Positions 17,538-23,609 of a stretch of 50,334 bases of DNA are shown here, in pieces. The stretch is taken from NCBI GenBank assembly GCA_030018805.1, contig JASEHL010000002.1, positions 1-50,334 of the forward strand, read 5' to 3'. A program made the translations under genes and the position numbers. The stretch is from Patescibacteria group bacterium. Its GTDB lineage: Bacteria; Patescibacteriota; Minisyncoccia; Moranbacterales; UBA11712. The notes under the pieces are model-generated. The model saw only the letters and a list, made by a program, of their open reading frames with translations. It searched no databases and was not told where the DNA came from. Positions within the stretch are counted from its first letter, which is position 1, and each line of letters starts with the position of its first letter.

Positions 17538-18587
17538 ATGGAAAAGAAGTTTTTGGATTTTATTCAACAGAATTCGCCAGATGGCGGTTTTTTGCAATCG
17601 GAACATTGGAAATCGTTTCAAGAAGCATGGGGAAGAAAAACTTATTCTCTGAATATCGCTGACGACACAGGTGATCCGATTATCGCGGCTAATATTATTG
17701 AACATACTTTGCCAGTCGTGGGGAATTATTTTTATGTACCGCGTGGACCGGTCGTGCAAGTTAAAAGTGAAAAATTAAAAGTGAAAAGTTACAGTTCAAA
17801 ATTAAAAGTTTTTTTGGATGATTTAGTTGATTTGGCCAAGAGGTGCAAAATTAGTTGGATTCGAGTGGAGCCAAATTATGAAGGAGATTTAGAAGTTATC
17901 AGAGAAAATATTCCAGACGGACTGAAAGTAAAAAAATCCGCCGTTGATATGCAGCCGAGGGAGATATTGATGATGGATATTTCGAAAGACGAGGAAGAAT
18001 TGCTGGCGGGGATGAAACAGAAGACGCGGTATAATATCAGGTTGGCGGAAAAACGGGGGGTTCGCGTATCACATAACATGGAACACATAACACATAACAT
18101 TAATAAATTTTTAAGATTAATAAAAATTACTGCAAAGAGGGACAAGATAACTGCACATCCGGAAAGTTATTATCGCAAAATGTTTGAAACAATTCCGCCG
18201 GAGGTTTTGAAAATGTATGTCGCCGAATACGAAGGAAAATTTATCTGTGCCAATCTGGTCTTATTTTTCGGAAAAACGGCAACATACTTGCATGGAGCTT
18301 CAGACAATATTCATCGCGATGCGATGGCGCCGTATCTTTTGCAGTGGCGACAGATTTTGGATGCGAGAAAAGCGGGATGCGAGAAATATGATTTCGGAGG
18401 GGTGAAAACACATAACATGGAACATGGAACATGGAACACAAGCAGCTGGGGCGGAATAACAAAATTTAAGCAAGGCTTTGCACCGCATGTCGCGCCGGTT
18501 CAATTTCCCGGGTGTTGTGATATTGTTTTGAATCCTTTCAAATATAATCTCTATCGGATTATGCAGAAATTAAAGAGAATCATTTAG
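17538..18587 (+). CDS. FemAB-family peptidoglycan interpeptide-bridge aminoacyltransferase (lipid II:glycine glycyltransferase-like)
   Basis: ..FLQSEHWKSFQEAWG.., ..KQKTRYNIRLAEKRGV.., ..TATYLHGASD..MAPYLLQW..ARKAGCEKYDFGG... Carries three in-frame heptamer-repeat segments. Confidence 0.75.
   Translation: MEKKFLDFIQQNSPDGGFLQSEHWKSFQEAWGRKTYSLNIADDTGDPIIAANIIEHTLPVVGNYFYVPRGPVVQVKSEKLKVKSYSSKLKVFLDDLVDLAKRCKISWIRVEPNYEGDLEVIRENIPDGLKVKKSAVDMQPREILMMDISKDEEELLAGMKQKTRYNIRLAEKRGVRVSHNMEHITHNINKFLRLIKITAKRDKITAHPESYYRKMFETIPPEVLKMYVAEYEGKFICANLVLFFGKTATYLHGASDNIHRDAMAPYLLQWRQILDARKAGCEKYDFGGVKTHNMEHGTWNTSSWGGITKFKQGFAPHVAPVQFPGCCDIVLNPFKYNLYRIMQKLKRII
17761..17810 (+). repeat. AAAAGTG/AAAATTA heptamer repeat inside the FemAB-family gene
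   Basis: ttaaaagtgaaaaattaaaagtgaaaagttacagttcaaaattaaaagtt encodes ..VKSEKLKVKSYSSKLKV.. Confidence 0.9.
18070..18100 (+). repeat. Degenerate CATGGAA/CATAACA heptamer repeat inside the FemAB-family gene
   Basis: cacataacatggaacacataacacataacat encodes ..HNMEHITHNI.. Confidence 0.8.
18408..18439 (+). repeat. (CATGGAA)x3 heptamer repeat inside the FemAB-family gene
   Basis: acacataacatggaacatggaacatggaacaca encodes ..THNMEHGTWNT.. Confidence 0.9.
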
Positions 18588-18627
18588 GATAATTTACTTT
18601 ATATAAAGCAAATATCATCGAAAAAGA

Positions 18628-18656
18628 TTGACAAAAAATTATTTTAGGCGTATACT
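18628..18656 (+). promoter_or_regulatory. Consensus-like sigma-70 promoter driving the 18825 gene
   Basis: TTGACA (18628-18633), 17-nt spacer, TATACT (18651-18656). Confidence 0.65.
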
Positions 18657-18663
18657 GCACCGT

Positions 18664-18824
18664 TGAGTATGGCTCTTTGATATTCAATGTTTCACAGTCA
18701 ATCATTGCGGTTTTTGGCGAGCTTACCCCGTGCGACTAGCTTTACGGGGTTTTGTAGAAAGTTTTTCAAAAACCGCGATGATTTCATCATCCGGCGCAGT
18801 CAAATACTTTGAAGGAGGCTGACC
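18664..18824 (+). promoter_or_regulatory. Structured ~160-nt 5' leader (riboswitch/attenuator-like; class unknown)
   Basis: Long-range helix atcattgcggtttttgg / caaaaaccgcgatgat encloses a terminator-like hairpin ccccgt..acgggg+TTTT (18726-18753). An alternative hairpin gatgatttcatcatc overlaps the 3' arm. A GAAGGAGG RBS lies at 18811. Confidence 0.45.
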
Positions 18825-19886
18825 ATGTGTGAAAATACGGTCGGCGCGGTGTCGGGCAAAAATGCTGGCGACACTGACAGATTGGCGTTGCTTGCGGATT
18901 TCATTACCAAGTGGCGCAAAGACGTGGTTACTGATGACGAGGTGAAAAGGTTTCTTCAGAGGAAAAATCCCTTTATCGTCCCTCCTCCCGCGGCCAAACC
19001 GCTGAATTTTGAGCAGCTTCTGTCTTGGCTCAAGAAAAACGGACTGGAGTCAAAGTTGCCCGGCGGCCTGGAAAAACAGATTGCGGGTCAGGAGGGATTT
19101 TACCGCCGGTTTTTCGGAGACAATTTCCGCATTGACCGCAAAAAGATCACCGTTGACGCGAGTCGTCTGCCGGCCATCAAAGCCGGCCTGGAAGTGGGAT
19201 GTCTGAACTATGCCCTGGTCAAGGCAACGCCGGAAGTCCTGTCTGAAGCGGAAGCGCGGACGACCGAAGCCGAGTTTTTCTTTGAGCGGCCGATGAAACC
19301 GCTCAAAAACGACGGCTTTCAAATTTGGGCGGAAACCGGCACGGATCGTTGGACTAATCTCACCCTCGCGGAACTTTTGCAGAGAGGCAATCCAGCCGAG
19401 CCGGAAGAATTCGACGCCGAGGCCTTCAAAAAGGACTGGGTGGCGGAGGAAGCGAGAGTCATTTTGCAAAAGGGCCCGGCTCCGAAAGTCCAAGCCGGAG
19501 CGGTGGAAATAATTTTCACCAGCGATGTCGCGGACATCCCCCGCGACCAGAAAATCGTCAACAAAAACGGCGAGATCGCGGAACTGGACGACTGCTCATA
19601 CGTGTCGGCGATTGCCGGCAAAGTCAGAGTCCTTTCTCGAGAGGAGGAGCTCCCTCTGGCGGCCCAGCTCTGGACAAGGGACAAAACTTATCTGGCTCTC
19701 AATACCTGGGAGTGGAGAAGAGATGTTATCCCGCATGAAGACAAGGGTGTGAGTCCGCGTTGCTCGGGTGCCCTCGCCGGGTCCCTCGCCGGCGGGTTCC
19801 TCCTCGGCTCCCCCCTCGCCGCGTACTCCGGCCCCCTTCCCCCGCTCGCGTCTTGCCCTAGCACTTCGGGCTTTTTGTTTTTTTGA
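18825..19886 (+). CDS. GC-rich hypothetical protein; candidate DGR target (C-terminal ..NTWEWRRD.. followed by a low-complexity, adenine-free-encoded tail)
   Basis: Strong RBS and promoter. No family recognised for the first ~300 aa. The WEWxxD block resembles the strand preceding variable regions in FGE/C-type-lectin-fold DGR targets. An RT and an Avd-like gene are adjacent. Confidence 0.5.
   Translation: MCENTVGAVSGKNAGDTDRLALLADFITKWRKDVVTDDEVKRFLQRKNPFIVPPPAAKPLNFEQLLSWLKKNGLESKLPGGLEKQIAGQEGFYRRFFGDNFRIDRKKITVDASRLPAIKAGLEVGCLNYALVKATPEVLSEAEARTTEAEFFFERPMKPLKNDGFQIWAETGTDRWTNLTLAELLQRGNPAEPEEFDAEAFKKDWVAEEARVILQKGPAPKVQAGAVEIIFTSDVADIPRDQKIVNKNGEIAELDDCSYVSAIAGKVRVLSREEELPLAAQLWTRDKTYLALNTWEWRRDVIPHEDKGVSPRCSGALAGSLAGGFLLGSPLAAYSGPLPPLASCPSTSGFLFF
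19753..19859 (+). other. 107-nt tract containing a single adenine (3' end of the 18825 gene)
   Basis: Direct base count. The only A between 19753 and 19859 is at 19825. The tract is C/G/T only, so all three plus frames lack stop codons. Confidence 0.9.
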
Positions 19887-20166
19887 GCCAGCCGCTGATT
19901 TCTTTGCCGACGGAAACGATGATTTCCAGGTGCGCTCCGTACCAGCCGATTGGAATCAGCTTTTTCTCTACGGCTATTCTCAAATATTTTTTGAACAAAT
20001 CAAAACTGGCGCTGGCCAACGGCAGATAAGAATTGTTATAAACGGAAGCCAGAGAATATTTGTGGGTTTCATTCAGAGAACGCAGAATCTCTTTGCCGAA
20101 AAGATTTTTATCCAGTTTCGGGAAATTTCGCACCCGATCATAACAATCACCATATAGTTTTTCCAA
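19858..20166 (-). CDS. Avd-like four-helix-bundle accessory protein (23S rRNA IVS protein family-like)
   Basis: ..RVRNFPKLDKNLFGKEILRSL.. and the C-terminal ..IVSVGKEISGWLKK resemble Avd/S23-IVS four-helix-bundle proteins. It lies next to a DGR-type RT but on the opposite strand. Confidence 0.5.
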   Translation of the reverse strand: MEKLYGDCYDRVRNFPKLDKNLFGKEILRSLNETHKYSLASVYNNSYLPLASASFDLFKKYLRIAVEKKLIPIGWYGAHLEIIVSVGKEISGWLKKTKSPKC

Positions 20167-20293
20167 ATCAGAAAATAATTTGGGCTGGGAATTTTTATGA
20201 ACGACATTATTTTTTCTCGACCCGTCGGGGGGGGGCTTTCATGGCAGAAAAATTCGTCATAATATTTTTTCCGAAATAATTAGCCTGGAAAAC

Positions 20294-21262
20294 TTGTTTT
20301 CAGCCTGGCGGGAATTCAGTTCGGGAAAAATGAAAAAAGCGGATGTGCTGGAGTTCAAATTAAATCTCGAAAACAATTTGTTCGACTTGCATTGGGAATT
20401 GAAAAGCAGAACCTACCGTCATTCCAATTATACCGCATTCAACGTCTGCGATCCAAAATTGCGGAGAATCCACAAAGCAAACGTGCGCGACCGGGTTCTC
20501 CACCACGCGGTTTTCCGGATACTTTATCCAATCTTCGATAAAAACTTCATCTATGATTCATATTCCTGTCGAATTGAAAAAGGAACCCATTGGGCAGTTT
20601 CACGCCTCGAAAAATTCTGCCGCCAATTGAGCCGGAACAACACGCGAAATATATTTGCCTTGAAATGCGACGTCAAAAAATTCTTCGATTCGGTGGATCA
20701 GGAAATTTTATTGAATCTTATAAAGAAAAAAATTCAGAACGAGGACGCGATTTGGCTGGTTGAAAAAATAATTTCTAGTTTCAAGCCCGGCTTGCCTCTC
20801 GGCAATGTTACGAGCCAGTTATTCGCCAATATATATCTCAACGAATTGGATCAATTTGTGAAACACAAACTCAAGGAAAAATATTATTTGCGCTATTGCG
20901 ATGATTGCGTAATTTTAGGAAAAAGTGAAAAGCATTTGGAAAATCTTATTCCACAAATCAGCGGCTTTCTTGAGGAAAAACTAAAGTTGAATCTTCATCC
21001 CAATAAAGTTATTCTTAGAAAATATCGGCAGGGAGTTGATTTTCTGGGATATGTGGTTCTGCCGCATCATCGTGTTTTGCGAACGAAAACAAAGCGGAGA
21101 ATGTTGCGGAAAATCGGAGAGAAGAAATTTCTCTGGCGGCAAGATTTGATTTCCGAAGAATCTTTCAATCAGAGCTTGCAATCTTATCTCGGAATGTTGA
21201 AGCATTGCCGGGGACACAACATCAAAAAACGGATTGGGAAGATCACCGGTTTTGAATTATAA
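20294..21262 (+). CDS. DGR-type reverse transcriptase. The conserved N-terminus continues upstream of the TTG at 20294 in the same frame back to 20201; the upstream ATG at 20197 is out of frame across a G9 run.
   Basis: Collinear with Bordetella bRT as remembered: ..SLENLFSAWREFSSGK.., ..DRVLHHAV..IF.., ..CRIEKGTH.., ..LKCDVKKFFDSVD.., GLPLGNVTSQLFANIYL ([I/L]GxxxSQ), RYCDDCVILG, GVDFLGYVV. Confidence 0.85.
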   Translation: MFSAWREFSSGKMKKADVLEFKLNLENNLFDLHWELKSRTYRHSNYTAFNVCDPKLRRIHKANVRDRVLHHAVFRILYPIFDKNFIYDSYSCRIEKGTHWAVSRLEKFCRQLSRNNTRNIFALKCDVKKFFDSVDQEILLNLIKKKIQNEDAIWLVEKIISSFKPGLPLGNVTSQLFANIYLNELDQFVKHKLKEKYYLRYCDDCVILGKSEKHLENLIPQISGFLEEKLKLNLHPNKVILRKYRQGVDFLGYVVLPHHRVLRTKTKRRMLRKIGEKKFLWRQDLISEESFNQSLQSYLGMLKHCRGHNIKKRIGKITGFEL

Positions 21263-21270
21263 TAAAACCA

Positions 21271-21738
21271 ATGGCCAACCCAGTGAAAAAACGCGTGGGG
21301 ATATTTTCGCTCACTTGCGACGAGGGGTGCAGTATATATCTCACCGAGATATTCAATAAAAAATTGCTTCCCTGGCTTGAAAAAATGGAACTGGCGTATT
21401 TTTTGGCGCTCAAAAACCACACGGAAGCGGAAGATCTGGATATTGCGCTCGTGGAAGGCGTAGTGACGAGCGAAAAAGATCTCGAGCATATCAAGAAAAT
21501 CAGGCAAATATCGAAAATTCTCATCGCAATGGGCACTTGCGCGATAACCGCTCTTCCGTCGGGCCAGCGGAACAATTTCAATATCAACCAGCTCAAGGAA
21601 ATCGAAGGACATCTCGAGAAATACAACTTCCTGCCGAAAGCCCTGGCGCTCAAAAATATCGTGAAAGTAGATGACGAGATCATGGGATGTCCGATCGAGG
21701 AAGAGAAGTTTATTGAGACTTTTGAAAAATATTTATAA
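21271..21738 (+). CDS. [NiFe]-hydrogenase small (delta-type) subunit, single proximal Fe-S cluster
   Basis: Short NuoB/hydrogenase-small fold with Cys ligands ..LTCDEGCS.., ..MGTCA.., ..GCPIEE... It lies directly upstream of the large subunit. Confidence 0.8.
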   Translation: MANPVKKRVGIFSLTCDEGCSIYLTEIFNKKLLPWLEKMELAYFLALKNHTEAEDLDIALVEGVVTSEKDLEHIKKIRQISKILIAMGTCAITALPSGQRNNFNINQLKEIEGHLEKYNFLPKALALKNIVKVDDEIMGCPIEEEKFIETFEKYL

Positions 21739-21742
21739 ATAC

Positions 21743-23038
21743 ATGCATAAATGTAACTTAGACATAGAGATTAACAAATTATCAAAGATCGAAGGCCACG
21801 CGGACCTGGATATCAGGATCCGGAACGGGAAACTCAAAGAAGTGAATCTCAAAGTGATGGAAAACGTGCGGTTTTTCAACGAAGCCGTGAAGGGGATGAA
21901 TTTCAACGCCGTGCCGCAGTTGGTTTCACGGATTTGCGGCACCTGTTCGATTGCCCATCTCACCGGATGCATCGAAGCGGTGGAAAAAACTTTGAGTATT
22001 GTTCCGAGCAGGCAGACTATGATCCTGCGCAAACTCACGGTTTATTCGATGATGATCCGCGACCATGCTTTGCACTTGTATTTTTTCGTTCTGCCCGATA
22101 TGTTCGGTATCGATTCAATTCTTGATTTGCCGGAGGACAAGCATGAAATTATTCATGACGCTCTGGCGGTGAAAGAAGCGGGGAACAATTTATCGGAACT
22201 GGTTGCGGGACGGGCCGTTCACGCCCCGTTCGAGCAAGTCGGAGGGTTCAGTCGCGAAATCGATAAGAAAAAGGTTCCGGCGATGGTCGAAGAATTGAAA
22301 AAAGTCCGGCCGCTCGTGTTGAAACTAATCGATATATTCGCGAAATGCGATTGGGAATTCAAGCGCAAGACGAATTTCGTCGCGCTCGTTACGGATGACT
22401 TTTCGTTCCTTGAAGGCAAAATCAAGAGTTCGACTGGAGAAGTAATCGAAGAAAAAGACTATTGGGATCATCTGTACAATGTCGCCTTGCCGTATTCGCA
22501 GGCAAGCGGGTTTGAGTTTGAGGGAAAGGAATATATGGTCGGGTCTCTCGCGCGTTTGAATCTCAACAGAGAAAATTTGCACGCGGACATGAAAAGGGAC
22601 GCGGCGAAGTACCTCGCGAAATTTCCGTCGGAAAATATCTATGACAACAATCTGGCGCAGGCGATTGAAATTCTGCATTCAATCGACCATTCGATCGAAA
22701 TACTCGAAAATACAAAATTTCAAAAAGAGGATCCGGCAAAACCGGAAAAATTAACAGGGAGAGGGGCGGGCGTGATCGAAGCTCCGCGGGGAACTTTATA
22801 CTACGCGCTTGAAATAGAAGACGGGAAAGTGAAGAGCCTAAAGTTGGTTATTCCAACGGCCCAGAATCTGGTGAATATGAAGAAAGATGTCGAGCAGATC
22901 GTCTCGGGCCTCTGTGCGACCGAAATCGGCAAAGAAGAACTCGAAAAACATATCATACTTGAAGTATCCAAGCTCATCCGCGCCTATGATCCCTGCATGT
23001 CCTGCGCCTCGCACTTTTTGCGAGTGAAGTGGGTGTAG
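21743..23038 (+). CDS. [NiFe]-hydrogenase large (catalytic) subunit
   Basis: N-terminal RICGTCSIAH (RxCGxCxxxH) and C-terminal DPCMSCASH followed by the cleavable FLRVKWV tail. Confidence 0.9.
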   Translation: MHKCNLDIEINKLSKIEGHADLDIRIRNGKLKEVNLKVMENVRFFNEAVKGMNFNAVPQLVSRICGTCSIAHLTGCIEAVEKTLSIVPSRQTMILRKLTVYSMMIRDHALHLYFFVLPDMFGIDSILDLPEDKHEIIHDALAVKEAGNNLSELVAGRAVHAPFEQVGGFSREIDKKKVPAMVEELKKVRPLVLKLIDIFAKCDWEFKRKTNFVALVTDDFSFLEGKIKSSTGEVIEEKDYWDHLYNVALPYSQASGFEFEGKEYMVGSLARLNLNRENLHADMKRDAAKYLAKFPSENIYDNNLAQAIEILHSIDHSIEILENTKFQKEDPAKPEKLTGRGAGVIEAPRGTLYYALEIEDGKVKSLKLVIPTAQNLVNMKKDVEQIVSGLCATEIGKEELEKHIILEVSKLIRAYDPCMSCASHFLRVKWV

Positions 23039-23058
23039 AAATAAATCGCCAATAAACG

Positions 23059-23179
23059 AAATTTTCTTGAAATTTAACTCGGAGCTGATTTTTATACCGA
23101 AAAAACGCTCCATACGCGAATCTACCACGCATTTTTTCGACAAAAATCAGCTCCTCAAACAAAAATTTCTGCGAAAATT
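23059..23179 (+). repeat. Copy A of a ~100-nt long-hairpin element (candidate structured RNA)
   Basis: P1 gaaattt/aaatttc (23069-75/23163-69). P2 gagctgattttt/aaaaatcagctc (23082-93/23143-54). Homologous copies lie at 46765 and 50160. Confidence 0.7.
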
Positions 23180-23202
23180 CCGCTTATTGGCTTTTCGAAA
23201 CC

Positions 23203-23598
23203 CTATACTTTGCCTTTTATCGCTCTTGCTAAATGATCAAAAATTTCATCTTCATTTCCGCTCATCGGCACGCCGATGATTTTTATTTTCTTGAGCTTGC
23301 CGATTTTTTGGAAAAGTTTCAGATTGAAAGCGAGGTCGAAATCGTGTAGGGAATATATTTTGTCGGTCTGGATTTTTTCTAAGTCGTCGATAAGGATGAC
23401 TTTTTCGATGCCCTCGACGGTGTCGATTATAATCAGTTTCCCAGTGATCGGTTCGAGATTTTCCGAAGGATCGGCGATGACGAAATCCATTTCGGGGAAA
23501 GTTTTTCGCAGCTTCGGCGCGAGTTTCAAGGGCAGATTGTCGAAATCAAGCAGAGGGTTGCCGAAAATGTGGATTGTTTTTCTGGGGCTTGTTATCAT
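23203..23598 (-). CDS. Hydrogenase maturation endopeptidase (HycI/HoxW-like)
   Basis: ..IHIFGNPLLDFD..MDFVIADPS..IIIDTV..SLHDFDL.. matches the hydrogenase maturation protease layout. Sits in the hydrogenase cluster. Confidence 0.8.
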   Translation of the reverse strand: MITSPRKTIHIFGNPLLDFDNLPLKLAPKLRKTFPEMDFVIADPSENLEPITGKLIIIDTVEGIEKVILIDDLEKIQTDKIYSLHDFDLAFNLKLFQKIGKLKKIKIIGVPMSGNEDEIFDHLARAIKGKV

Positions 23599-23609
23599 AT
23601 GCTTCAGAT

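Noticed and set aside
19768-20157. 129-aa plus-strand ORF overlapping the target 3' end and avd
   Set aside because: It is open only because the adenine-free tract cannot encode stops, and it then runs antisense to the better-supported Avd-like gene. The product is low-complexity P/S/A with no RBS.
20167-20293. Template repeat (TR) in the avd-RT spacer or RT 5' region
   Set aside because: It has no extended similarity to 19740-19880 beyond a trivial gggcttt match, and it is too AT-rich.
21671-21742. Upstream extension of the hydrogenase large subunit overlapping the small-subunit gene
   Set aside because: The extension overlaps the end of the small-subunit CDS in another frame. The ATG at 21743 follows the small-subunit stop by 4 nt and gives a normal N-terminus.
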